A DNA stretch of 43,836 nt from positions 1 to 43,836 of the IMG/VR virus record IMGVR_UViG_3300022542_000059; one strand, given 5' to 3'. Source of the DNA: a virus. Positions 1 to 8,719 of this stretch are shown in pieces. Each line of letters begins with the position of its first letter. Within the stretch, counting starts at the first letter, position 1. The position numbers and the translations under genes were made by a program. The notes below the pieces were generated by a model. That model did no database searches and was not told the origin of the DNA. It saw only the letters and a program-made list of their open reading frames with translations.

Positions 1-119
1 ATAATCTCATCATTCTGAATAAGAGACATATAAGCAATAGCAGGAATATCTTTTGCAAAGCTAGACTTCATATAGAAGTTAGACATGACAAGAGATTGCA
101 TATTTGTAGAAACAAGAAG
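1..119. repeat. Left copy of an exact 119-bp identity with 43718..43836 (circular-closure overlap of the assembly)
   Basis: Compared base by base: 1..119 equals 43718..43836. The repeat lies inside an uninterrupted minus-strand reading frame, so it is unlikely to be a physical genome end. Confidence 0.9.
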
Positions 120-1184
120 TTGATTCCTTGCCCTTTCAGGCATACTAAGCATTACATCTGCTTTCATATTTCGGAGAGCAAGTTCTTTACCCATTACTTC
201 TCTAGTTAATTCTTTCTGAGGATCTAGTGAAGTAATAATACTAACCATATCCTTCTGAAGAGAGTCCATCTCTTTAAAGAATGCTTGAGGATCTCTGCCC
301 ATTTCATCTGCAAGAGCTTCATTCAGATCAGGATCTTGTCTAAGATTAGTAAACCAATCTCCCATCATAGCGGCAGCTTCATCTGGAGTAATTTTACCAG
401 AACGCATATCTATTACAAGAGTATCTTTAAAAAGATTCATACTAGAAAGTTTAGTATTAAACATATTATTATAAATACCTGCTGTCAAGTTTTGTTTATT
501 CTCTTGTTTCTGCTCGGCAAGATCATTAACAGCAGTTACCGAAGACAGTTCTTGTTTTACTTGAACAACATTCTGGTATTCTTTTGTAGCATTAGCCATA
601 TATGGTCTTAAGAATGCTTCTACTTCTTGCTCTGGCATATCAATAGTTTTTTGAAGGATAGTAGGTGGAATAAGACCTACTATATTTTCTTGTAAACTTG
701 CTTGTGCTCTCTCTAAAGTTTTAAACGTAGTCTGAGTTGCACCAGAAATTGCATTATATGTAGTAGTAAAATCTCCATCCTTCTCAACTTGAAAGAATTG
801 ATTACTTTCTGTAGCAAATCGAAATTGTTCTCTCGCACCGGAATAGTATTGAGGATCTACTCCACCTCTTAGAAGTTGTTTAGTCATAGCAGATTGATGC
901 TGTGCAGTAAGAGCTTTTAGAGAAACTTCATCAAGTTGACCTTCTTCATTGAGTCTTGCAACATCTGCTTCAAAACCTTCAATACTACTTAGAATAATGT
1001 TACGTCCAGTTTTTACTTCGGCACCTTTAGCAAAGAAAGGTTTAATACTTTCTGCAAGAGTAGCAATAGGAGAGGGGAGAATCCTAGCAGGAGTAATCGC
1101 TACACCTGGAGCTTGTAATGCCTCACCAGGAGCAATCTTAATTCTTGCACCTTTTTGTCTTGTAACTTCATTACCATTCGGCAT
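1..1184 (-). CDS. 5-prime 1184 nt of a 521-codon virion protein gene that crosses the window junction and continues at 43717..43336 (gp15-like internal virion protein by position)
   Basis: ATG at 1184..1182 lies 2 nt after the stop of the upstream gene. The minus frame stayed open wherever I translated it, down to base 1, and is in phase with track ORF 43336..43818 through the 119-bp overlap. 1184 + 382 nt = 1566 nt. Confidence 0.7.
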   Translation of the reverse strand, partial: MPNGNEVTRQKGARIKIAPGEALQAPGVAITPARILPSPIATLAESIKPFFAKGAEVKTGRNIILSSIEGFEADVARLNEEGQLDEVSLKALTAQHQSAMTKQLLRGGVDPQYYSGAREQFRFATESNQFFQVEKDGDFTTTYNAISGATQTTFKTLERAQASLQENIVGLIPPTILQKTIDMPEQEVEAFLRPYMANATKEYQNVVQVKQELSSVTAVNDLAEQKQENKQNLTAGIYNNMFNTKLSSMNLFKDTLVIDMRSGKITPDEAAAMMGDWFTNLRQDPDLNEALADEMGRDPQAFFKEMDSLQKDMVSIITSLDPQKELTREVMGKELALRNMKADVMLSMPERARNQLLVSTNMQSLVMSNFYMKSSFAKDIPAIAYMSLIQNDEI

Positions 1185-1186
1185 AG

Positions 1187-1627
1187 CTATACTTCTCCCT
1201 CATCTGTAGCAGAGGTAGTTTCAGGGAATAATCCAGCAGCACTTTCTGTAAAACTTCCCAAGGCACCAGCAATCTGTGCTCCTGCTGCTGCTCTTGTCTG
1301 TCTCTCTTGGATACCAAACTGTTCTATTTGTATATCTCTCTGCCGACCAATAAGTTCTTCTTGAGCTGCGGCAGTAGTAGTTGCTGCAAGTAGGGGAGCT
1401 TCTATAATAGTTCCTCCAATGCCAGCTTGTCCAGCACCAGCAGTAATCTGTGCTCGTTTAATTCTAGCAGCTCTTCTAGCTTTTGCTTGAGCAAGTCTAG
1501 CTTGTAGTTTAGCTTGCTTTTCTTGTGCTCTACGTTGTTTTCCTGCTGCAACTGTTGTTGCTACTCCAGTACCTACAGCAGCAGTTGCAGAGATAATACC
1601 AATAATTGCACCAATCTCTAAGCCCAT
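1187..1627 (-). CDS. Small internal virion/membrane-associated protein (gp13/gp14-like by position)
   Basis: 146 aa. Hydrophobic N-terminus (GLEIGAIIGIISATAAVGTGVATTVAAG) followed by an Ala/Gln/Arg/Lys-rich helical stretch. Tightly packed in the late operon. Confidence 0.5.
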   Translation of the reverse strand: MGLEIGAIIGIISATAAVGTGVATTVAAGKQRRAQEKQAKLQARLAQAKARRAARIKRAQITAGAGQAGIGGTIIEAPLLAATTTAAAQEELIGRQRDIQIEQFGIQERQTRAAAGAQIAGALGSFTESAAGLFPETTSATDEGEV

Positions 1628-1629
1628 AA

Positions 1630-1944
1630 TTAAATCTCCATTTCTGCATAATGGATACTCTTACCTTTAACTTCTAAAGAAATTGGATTAAGAAAACCCA
1701 TAAGTTTCCAATATTTTTTTATTCGTAAATCGTTAGCATCTCCAACTACTCTTAACTTAGAAATTCCATTTAATCTTAATAGTTGTTTTATATTTTCGAC
1801 ATCAAGTAATAAATCTCTATAAATATTTGCACTAAATTTAAACATATCATTATGTACTTCTGCCACACTTCCACAGATTTGAAATTCAGATTGACCGTAT
1901 AAAACTCCATCAAGCCTGTGTTGAACTATAAGTTTGCTTATCAC
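1630..1944 (-). CDS. Hypothetical virion-module protein
   Basis: 104-aa ORF. Its start overlaps the stop of the 716-aa gene and its stop lies 2 nt before the next start. No motif recognised. Confidence 0.55.
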   Translation of the reverse strand: MISKLIVQHRLDGVLYGQSEFQICGSVAEVHNDMFKFSANIYRDLLLDVENIKQLLRLNGISKLRVVGDANDLRIKKYWKLMGFLNPISLEVKGKSIHYAEMEI

Positions 1945-4094
1945 TATACCCGCCTCGATGCTGTAAGTTCTACTTGGAAACCATAGAGTTTAAAATCTTT
2001 ATCCTCATCATTAGCAAACTTAATTTGAAAAGCACTACCTCTTCCACGAACTTTATGCTTATTCCTCACTACTTCAATACCAGGATCTTGCCCATTAAAA
2101 TAAGAAGTAGTCCATCTATGAGGAAGATATACTTGTCTTGGAGTTCCAAACTTAGCAGCAGCAGTAGTGATAGCAAAGTCATAACTAATACTCATTAAAC
2201 ATCCACCAGGAGTAATGTCTTCTCCTGTTTCATCATCAATAGTACCAGATTCTACTCTATCAAAGATTGTAGTAATATATGGGACTTGTTTCTTATGAAT
2301 TACATCTCCTAAGATTTGTTGAGAAGAAGTAATATAACTATCATAAGAAGTTTCATCTATTATATTTAAAGAGAAATCAGTTAAACTACTACCAACTAAT
2401 TGTCCGAATGAAAAATCAACTCCATCTCCATTTTGTTTCATAAGTACAAGAGTAGTTGAAATTGACTTATCAGCTAATATAGATCGAGTTGCAAATACAA
2501 GTTCATCAGACTCATCTACTATATCAACATCTGATTCATCTACTACTTGTGTAGGAATAACATCTCCACCAAGAACATTAAATACATCTCCAATAGATAC
2601 CGCAGTCCCTACTAAATCATCTAAAAGAGAATGTTTATACCAAGCACCTAACTGAGTATTAAATACAAGCATATCTCTAGCATGTGTATTTTGTTTATTA
2701 GGATTCTGGTCTGTAATCCATTCTTGAGATTCAAAGTTAGTAAAGAAGTATAATTTTTTCTCTGCTCTATTATATGAGGCTTTACCTGATTGCTTCTGAG
2801 CAACAGGAATGCCCTGATAAAAAGTTTTGATCTTAGTATCAATACTTTGTATTGATGGTAATGGAGATACTTCAGAGACAGTTATTATAAAAATACCAGC
2901 ATCTCCAAAGTAAACTACTTTATCTTCTACTAAGGCATAAGCATCTTCTCCTGCTATACCTTCACTAGATAATTTATCTACGGAAAAGTCAGTAGTTTTA
3001 AATCCCTCGATACTACTAATAAACCATATTCCATTAGTAGCAAGGATAAGTACACCATTCGTAAAAGGAGCAAGTGCTACAATAGATTCTGCCCCAGTAA
3101 TTATAACTGTACCACCATCTGTATCTACAACAGCAGAATCATATCTATTCAAGGGATCTGCAAATTGATACATCCGATTATGATGTTTATCTTCTACAAT
3201 TGTCTGTGAAAAATATACCGTATTAGGAGCTGCTTCTATTCCTGAAAGCCATAGTCTACCAGCAGAAAAAGTTGCTGCATAATTTCTTGGTTTAGTGATA
3301 TTACTATCCTCTAAACCAAATAATTTTTTATTTAAAGATACTATATTACTTTTCTCTGTTTGAAGATTGGAGTTCCAATCATTATAATTAGGATCAGAAG
3401 ATCCATCAAGAACCCAATAGTCTTCCCAATCTATCCCTATTCCTGGTTCAGTAGTAGAAGAAGAACTATGACTCTTTATACAACCATAACTTTTATCATG
3501 ATGATTTCTATGAGTATCAGGATCTGGATTACCATAAAGATTCCTAACAAATATACTAGAAGTATTAAAAGTAAAAGAATTTGTATCTGTATCAAACTCA
3601 AGATAACTAAACTCTATAAACTTATTTAGTAAATAAATTCGATTAGCATTAACAACAAATCTAGTTTTATAATGATTACTTTTTATATTTGATCCTGAAG
3701 AAATATCTATAGTTTGTACCGGAGAAGATACTTCACTTAGATCTGAGAATACATCATAAGAATAAATATATACTGTTTGACTTACTATAAGAATAGTATA
3801 ACGAAGAAGCCTACCATCAGAAGAACGGGCATTAAAAGGAGTAGCAGCAGGAACAGCATCAGCATAAGTACCAAAGACAGCAGTTAAATCTTCTATATTA
3901 GTTTCATAGAAACCACCAGCATCTTTCTCTGCAATAAAATCTACTCCACGCCTTCGTGTAATAGAACCATCAAGGCCGAGTTCCGTATTCAGAATATCAT
4001 CAGCATCCCCCGGCTTTGTATTAAGAGGGCTAGACTCTGTATTAAGTCCACCACTAAAATTAAAATATGTAATAGCTTGTTTTTTAATTGCCAT
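1944..4094 (-). CDS. Tail tubular protein B / nozzle-like protein (T7 gp12-like)
   Basis: 716 aa. N-terminus FNFSGGLNTESSPLNTKPGDADDILNTELGLDGSITRRRG resembles podovirus nozzle proteins. It follows the gp11-like gene as in T7. Confidence 0.5.
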   Translation of the reverse strand: MAIKKQAITYFNFSGGLNTESSPLNTKPGDADDILNTELGLDGSITRRRGVDFIAEKDAGGFYETNIEDLTAVFGTYADAVPAATPFNARSSDGRLLRYTILIVSQTVYIYSYDVFSDLSEVSSPVQTIDISSGSNIKSNHYKTRFVVNANRIYLLNKFIEFSYLEFDTDTNSFTFNTSSIFVRNLYGNPDPDTHRNHHDKSYGCIKSHSSSSTTEPGIGIDWEDYWVLDGSSDPNYNDWNSNLQTEKSNIVSLNKKLFGLEDSNITKPRNYAATFSAGRLWLSGIEAAPNTVYFSQTIVEDKHHNRMYQFADPLNRYDSAVVDTDGGTVIITGAESIVALAPFTNGVLILATNGIWFISSIEGFKTTDFSVDKLSSEGIAGEDAYALVEDKVVYFGDAGIFIITVSEVSPLPSIQSIDTKIKTFYQGIPVAQKQSGKASYNRAEKKLYFFTNFESQEWITDQNPNKQNTHARDMLVFNTQLGAWYKHSLLDDLVGTAVSIGDVFNVLGGDVIPTQVVDESDVDIVDESDELVFATRSILADKSISTTLVLMKQNGDGVDFSFGQLVGSSLTDFSLNIIDETSYDSYITSSQQILGDVIHKKQVPYITTIFDRVESGTIDDETGEDITPGGCLMSISYDFAITTAAAKFGTPRQVYLPHRWTTSYFNGQDPGIEVVRNKHKVRGRGSAFQIKFANDEDKDFKLYGFQVELTASRRV

Positions 4095-4096
4095 AA

Positions 4097-4279
4097 TTAT
4101 TTATTCTTTTTAGAGTTGGCTCGTAATTCATTTACTTCGGCTTGTTTATTTTCTACTTTAGCAATAGCTCTTTCTGCATCAAGATAACTAAGGAATACTC
4201 CAGGAAGTTGTCTTCCTTTACTCATCTGCACTATAAGACCAGTATTACTAGTTTTAATAATTGGGTATTCAATCTCCAA
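4097..4279 (-). CDS. Hypothetical small protein
   Basis: 60-aa ORF filling the gap between the gp11-like and gp12-like genes, with 2-nt spacers on both sides. Confidence 0.45.
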   Translation of the reverse strand: MEIEYPIIKTSNTGLIVQMSKGRQLPGVFLSYLDAERAIAKVENKQAEVNELRANSKKNK

Positions 4280-4281
4280 AA

Positions 4282-5025
4282 TTAACTCCCTTCAATAACA
4301 CATCTGCTTGAGATATCAGATCCACGAAGAACCGTTCCATTTCTACGTCCATAGGAAGATCCAAAAGTAGATTCTTTTTTATTTAAAGTTCTCGCCCACC
4401 TTTTAGCCTTACCAAGACCAGAGATATATTTGCGTTGGTATATCTGTGCTGTCTGTGCATCTCCCTTTAAAGTCCTGAATGCTTCTTCAAAGAGAGCATC
4501 TAAAAGTACCGAATGAAGATACTCAGGAAGATCAGGAATATCTAAGTTACTACTAAGTACTACTGGCTTTCTTATAAACCTAACCTTTGTAAGACTCGGA
4601 GCAAGTGACCCATCATAACTATCAAAGATAATATTCTTATCATCTTCACTAGTCCAGTATTGGGGATCACGATTATTCAAAGCCCCATTACTATCTACAA
4701 TAGAAAGAGTAGTATCTCGTCCATCTAAGATTATAATCATCTCCGAAGGTTCAATAAAAGTTATACTCTTTTTATTATATCGGAGTTCTTCAAGTAAGAG
4801 GATATTACTTGGGATAGCCATAATATGATTTGTAGAAGTGGCTTCTAGAGTTCCATAATCTACAAGATGAAACCAAGGAAAGTCATTTAGTAATTTATCA
4901 TAAACAGTATCGAGTAGTAATTTCATCTGTTCTGATTCGACTGTTTCAGAAATATCTGTAACATTATCAGAATCAATTACTGACATAGCTCGCTGGATAA
5001 ATTGTAATGCAGTTAGTTTTGCCAT
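4282..5025 (-). CDS. Tail tubular protein A / head-tail adaptor-like (T7 gp11-like)
   Basis: 247 aa. N-terminus LTALQFIQRAMSVIDSDNVTDISETVESEQMKLLLDTVYDKLLNDFPWF follows the gp11-type pattern. Located between the capsid cluster and the nozzle-like gene. Confidence 0.5.
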   Translation of the reverse strand: MAKLTALQFIQRAMSVIDSDNVTDISETVESEQMKLLLDTVYDKLLNDFPWFHLVDYGTLEATSTNHIMAIPSNILLLEELRYNKKSITFIEPSEMIIILDGRDTTLSIVDSNGALNNRDPQYWTSEDDKNIIFDSYDGSLAPSLTKVRFIRKPVVLSSNLDIPDLPEYLHSVLLDALFEEAFRTLKGDAQTAQIYQRKYISGLGKAKRWARTLNKKESTFGSSYGRRNGTVLRGSDISSRCVIEGS

Positions 5026-5732
5026 TAGGCTGCACCTGTCATACTCATATTGACGTTAGTTGCGGTAAAAGTAGAGGCAGTATCACAATTTCTAATGAAA
5101 CGAATCTGATCATCAGTAGTTAGACTAATTATAGAATTAAGCGTCATATTTCCTAGATCTGCTCCCGGAAATTTTCTAGCAGATAGTGATTGATCTTGTG
5201 TTACCCACGTTGAACCACCATTTGTACTTTTTTGTAATGAGATTTTTAAAGTGGCATTTACACCAGTAGTAAGTGCATGACTCATTTGAACTACTGTATG
5301 AATTATTACTGTCTGGTCTCCTGAAAAAGTTATAACACCAGTAGTTACATTAAAGGCTAAGTTACTTGAGAAGAGAATAGATTCATATGTAAGTGAGAAT
5401 GGTACATCTATATCAACTTCCCCAGCTCCAATTACAAAAGTTTCTCCAGGAGTATCAAGAGCTATATATCCATAAGTTCGCTCAATAATTTCTCCAGGGC
5501 TTAGCCAACTACCACCACTAGCCCCATCTGCTTGATAGATATCAAATTCACTAGCAGCAGCTACACCTCTTGGTTCCATAGTAGTAATCGTAGCATTTGC
5601 ATCTGTAGCAATAGTTTTTTGTGCCCCACCACCTGTCCCATCTGCTACATAAGTTTGACCAGCAGCAGCGGCAGCTACACCTTTAGGTTCATGTAGGGAT
5701 GCACCTGTAAGGACTGAATGTTTTATTGACAT
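5025..5732 (-). CDS. Structural protein with duplicated HEPKG-type motif (fibre/decoration-like)
   Basis: 235 aa. LHEPKGVAAAAAGQTYVADGTGGGA is repeated as MEPRGVAAASEFDIYQADGASGGS. SD AGGAG lies upstream. Confidence 0.45.
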   Translation of the reverse strand: MSIKHSVLTGASLHEPKGVAAAAAGQTYVADGTGGGAQKTIATDANATITTMEPRGVAAASEFDIYQADGASGGSWLSPGEIIERTYGYIALDTPGETFVIGAGEVDIDVPFSLTYESILFSSNLAFNVTTGVITFSGDQTVIIHTVVQMSHALTTGVNATLKISLQKSTNGGSTWVTQDQSLSARKFPGADLGNMTLNSIISLTTDDQIRFIRNCDTASTFTATNVNMSMTGAA

Positions 5733-5762
5733 AATACTCCTAGCTTATTCTACGAAACATGG

Positions 5763-5792
5763 AAATAAAGGGGGATATTTCTATCCCCCTCT
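5763..5792 (-). terminator. Rho-independent terminator after the capsid/decoration gene cluster
   Basis: On the minus strand: GGGGGATA gaaa TATCCCCC (8-bp GC-rich stem, plus-strand arms 5770..5777 / 5782..5789) followed by TTTATTT. It lies directly after the stop at 5797. Confidence 0.75.
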
Positions 5793-5796
5793 TAAA

Positions 5797-6210
5797 TTAA
5801 CCTTCGAAGGTCAACAGTACAGCAGAAAGACCAGAACCAGTGCCACCAGTAAAGTCAACTTTAATAAAGTCACCTTTTGTTACTGCAATATCAGCAGCAG
5901 TAGTACTGGGGACAAGAGCTACCTGAGTACCAGCAGTAAGTACCGGGGCATCATCAAGCAAGGTAGCAGCAACCATTGTCTTAGAGGTCGTGACATTCGT
6001 TACTTCAAAAGTATAAGTCTTAGTTCCATCCGAAGTTACGGAACCTTGTACTGCACCGGCAACTAACTTGCCAGATACAGGTGCCAGAAAGTAGCGACTT
6101 TCAATCGAGGTATTAGCTACAAAAGAAGTATTTTCCTCAAAATATGCAGCAACACCACCACCACGATTTTCAGCAGCAGCTACAGAAGTAGTAATAGTTT
6201 GAATAGCCAT
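5797..6210 (-). CDS. Hypothetical capsid-associated (decoration-like) protein
   Basis: 137 aa, Ala/Thr/Val/Gly-rich. Located between the major capsid gene and the terminator, so co-transcribed with the capsid gene. Confidence 0.5.
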   Translation of the reverse strand: MAIQTITTSVAAAENRGGGVAAYFEENTSFVANTSIESRYFLAPVSGKLVAGAVQGSVTSDGTKTYTFEVTNVTTSKTMVAATLLDDAPVLTAGTQVALVPSTTAADIAVTKGDFIKVDFTGGTGSGLSAVLLTFEG

Positions 6211-6230
6211 TTAGTATATCTCCTTAAATA

Positions 6231-6578
6231 TTAAGCCAATGCTGTAATAAGAGCATTGACAGCAGTACGAATAAGTCCAACATCAGTAATGAGTTTATTA
6301 ATCTCATCCTGAACTTCCTTGAAGTTGGCATCAATTTCTGTTGCCTGTGCATCACTCCAAGTACCGTTATACGTGATATCATTTAAAGCATTGTCATTCG
6401 TACCTGTAAGTGATCCAGTAAGAGTAGCAGCAGTTGCAGAAGCGGCAGCAGTAACATCACCAGCAGCTTCTACAGCAGTATCAATACCTTCTAGTACGGT
6501 AGCAAGAGCCTGAGCATCCTTTGTAGAATACCCACCAGATACATTACCACTATGAATTGTCTTAGGAGTATATGCCAT
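6231..6578 (-). CDS. Hypothetical capsid-associated protein (head fibre/decoration-like)
   Basis: 115 aa, Ala/Thr-rich with a C-terminal helical segment (EINKLITDVGLIRTAVNALITALA). Immediately downstream of the major capsid gene. Confidence 0.5.
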   Translation of the reverse strand: MAYTPKTIHSGNVSGGYSTKDAQALATVLEGIDTAVEAAGDVTAAASATAATLTGSLTGTNDNALNDITYNGTWSDAQATEIDANFKEVQDEINKLITDVGLIRTAVNALITALA

Positions 6579-6592
6579 TAGTATCTCCTTTC

Positions 6593-7498
6593 TTATGCAG
6601 TCAAGACAGTAACGAGAGACTCAGCACGATACAGACCCAAGCCATAACGAGAGGTAGCATGGTATACATCCCGTTTACGTTCCCAATCACGACTCTTCTC
6701 AATCTCAGGATTAAGGCGCATAGCCCCAATGAATGCTTCTTCCCCGATAAACAGATTAGCTTTCAGAGAACCACCAGTTACATGATTAAGAGCAGTAGCT
6801 TCGTCCAGCATATTAGACTCATAGAAGTCAAAGCCAAGATAAGTACCAAGAGATTGAGTCGTACCAAAGCCTTCTTTCAAAGCACTATTGGCTCCGTAAA
6901 CATCTTGACGAATAACATTATCAATATTAACAAGCTGATAAGCAACAGTCGGATCAACAAATGCCTTACGACCACTCTTAGAAACATTGGCTTTATCCAG
7001 ACTTAATTTAGCCTGCGCAATATCTGCAAGAGTAATAACATTAGAAGTACCCGTTCCTACATAACGATGAGCCTGACCATTAATAGTATTAGCATCATTG
7101 CTGGTCTGACTTTTATGCAGTAGGAAGATATCATTCTCTAGACGTTCCTGAATAGCACGCATCATCTGCTCAGGAAACTTAGTATTCAACACTTCCATAT
7201 AGAAAGTATCTTGACGCATCTTATCGGTAATCGCAATACCAGTCTGGACATACTTATCAATAGTCAGCAAGAACTCATTGACAGTAGGATCATCAACAGT
7301 AATCGCATCACCTTCGGTATAATCACGAGTAGTCAGCGAACCGAGTTTAGGAAGATGCAGTTCATCACCATCAGGGAAATCAGTAATGAATTCCATGATA
7401 GTCTGAGCTATAAGAGCTTCTTGCAGTTCTTCTTGGATTCGTTTTGACCAGACATCATCCCGAATTAGATTTGCACCTACAGTAGTATCAATTGCCAT
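6593..7498 (-). CDS. Major capsid protein
   Basis: 301 aa, directly after the scaffold-like gene and upstream of a strong terminator. Codon usage is visibly less AT-biased than in neighbouring late genes. Position matches T7 gp10. Confidence 0.7.
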   Translation of the reverse strand: MAIDTTVGANLIRDDVWSKRIQEELQEALIAQTIMEFITDFPDGDELHLPKLGSLTTRDYTEGDAITVDDPTVNEFLLTIDKYVQTGIAITDKMRQDTFYMEVLNTKFPEQMMRAIQERLENDIFLLHKSQTSNDANTINGQAHRYVGTGTSNVITLADIAQAKLSLDKANVSKSGRKAFVDPTVAYQLVNIDNVIRQDVYGANSALKEGFGTTQSLGTYLGFDFYESNMLDEATALNHVTGGSLKANLFIGEEAFIGAMRLNPEIEKSRDWERKRDVYHATSRYGLGLYRAESLVTVLTA

Positions 7499-7511
7499 CT
7501 TTTAGTACTCC

Positions 7512-8303
7512 TTAAAGTTCGAGATTGGCACTAACAAAAGCTTGCCATTTTCGATCTTTTTTTAGTTTGGGGTTTTCTTTCTCAGCGGCTTTAACTTTAT
7601 CCCAAGTAAGTTTACCTGTAGATTGTGTAATGGGCATACTGATAGCACCATCATCATCTGAGAAAGATACGTTAGTTGCTGTAGTATTTGCTTTGAGAAA
7701 AGTAGAAAGTCCAGCAGGATCATAACCACCTAGCTTATTAATAATATCTGCACGAGAATTATCATCTCCGATGTATTTACTAATAGCTAGTTTAGCATTC
7801 TCAATAGAGCCAAATGCTTCAGGTTTACTTAGAAGATCCCAGGCTTTTTGCTGATTAGTCTTAATCAACGCAACCTGTTCGCCAGTTTCTTTATCCGTTT
7901 TACTCTTCTGTTCTCTCGCAATATACCACTCTTCAAGTTGCTCTGTAGTAAATCCTTGAGGACTTATCTCCTCTTGGACAACTACTTTTTCTTTTTCTTC
8001 ATTATTGATAGCAGTAAGAATATCTTCTACTGTTTTACCTTGAGTTGCCTTCTGCTCTAGTTCAAGTTTCTCTTGCTTCAAAGTTTCAATAAAACTGTCT
8101 GCATGAGATGCTTTCTTTGCCAGAGCTTTCGCTGCTTCCTCAATAGAAGAATACTTCTTATCTTCACCAACAATTTCTGACAGATAATCTTTTTCACTAG
8201 CTTGGTCGGCTAATGTTTGATTAGTCTGTTCGTTATTCTGGCTGTCACCAGAAGTGTTATTAAGATCTTCTCCAAGGACTGATGTCACAGTCTCTTCACT
8301 CAT
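7512..8303 (-). CDS. Scaffolding protein
   Basis: 263 aa, acidic, Glu/Lys/Gln-rich and predicted helical. Located between the portal and major capsid genes. Confidence 0.65.
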   Translation of the reverse strand: MSEETVTSVLGEDLNNTSGDSQNNEQTNQTLADQASEKDYLSEIVGEDKKYSSIEEAAKALAKKASHADSFIETLKQEKLELEQKATQGKTVEDILTAINNEEKEKVVVQEEISPQGFTTEQLEEWYIAREQKSKTDKETGEQVALIKTNQQKAWDLLSKPEAFGSIENAKLAISKYIGDDNSRADIINKLGGYDPAGLSTFLKANTTATNVSFSDDDGAISMPITQSTGKLTWDKVKAAEKENPKLKKDRKWQAFVSANLEL

Positions 8304-8319
8304 AGTTCTTTATTCTCCT

Positions 8320-8472
8320 TTAGATGCCTAGTTCTTTAACCAAGTCTGCCAATAGTTTTTTACGTTTCTTTTTTGTTGCAGTAAGTTCTTTAGATCCAAA
8401 GAAAGGTTTCTTCTTAGGTTTTTTATTAGTAGGAAGTTTCTTCGGTACAGGTTTCTTTTTAGCTACTGCCAT
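8320..8472 (-). CDS. Lys-rich 50-aa basic protein (not in the ORF track)
   Basis: Hand translation: MAVAKKKPVPKKLPTNKKPKKKPFFGSKELTATKKKRKKLLADLVKELGI. GGAG lies 6 nt upstream of the ATG at 8472. It overlaps the end of the 86-aa gene by 14 nt. Confidence 0.55.
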   Translation of the reverse strand: MAVAKKKPVPKKLPTNKKPKKKPFFGSKELTATKKKRKKLLADLVKELGI

Positions 8473-8719
8473 CTGGATCTCCTATAGTTTTTAAGATACC
8501 CAACCACCAATTAATTTCTTTTACTTGTCCATCTGCTATTGCTCTTTTAATTATCCAGTTAGGATCATCTACATTAATTTGCTCTCTAGATTCCTTTCGT
8601 TTATTAAATATCTTTAGTAAACTATCAACGATAACTGTATCTGCAAGAATAGCATCTTGTAATACTTTAAATTCTTTTTCTTCAAAGATACTTTTAATAA
8701 ATGTATTTTTGAAATTCAT
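8459..8719 (-). CDS. Hypothetical protein between portal and scaffold
   Basis: 86-aa ORF whose start overlaps the portal stop by 1 nt (8719). Confidence 0.55.
   Translation of the reverse strand: MNFKNTFIKSIFEEKEFKVLQDAILADTVIVDSLLKIFNKRKESREQINVDDPNWIIKRAIADGQVKEINWWLGILKTIGDPDGSS

Noticed and set aside
1-119. Direct terminal repeat marking physical genome ends
   Set aside because: The repeat lies in the middle of an open reading frame and is only 119 bp. This is typical of an assembler closing a circle.
285-1364. Plus-strand ORFs 285..611, 949..1209 and 1155..1364
   Set aside because: They are antisense to the junction-spanning 521-codon gene. They appear in the track only because that gene runs off the window edge.
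6572-7006. 144-aa plus-strand ORF
   Set aside because: It is antisense to the major capsid gene and has no RBS.
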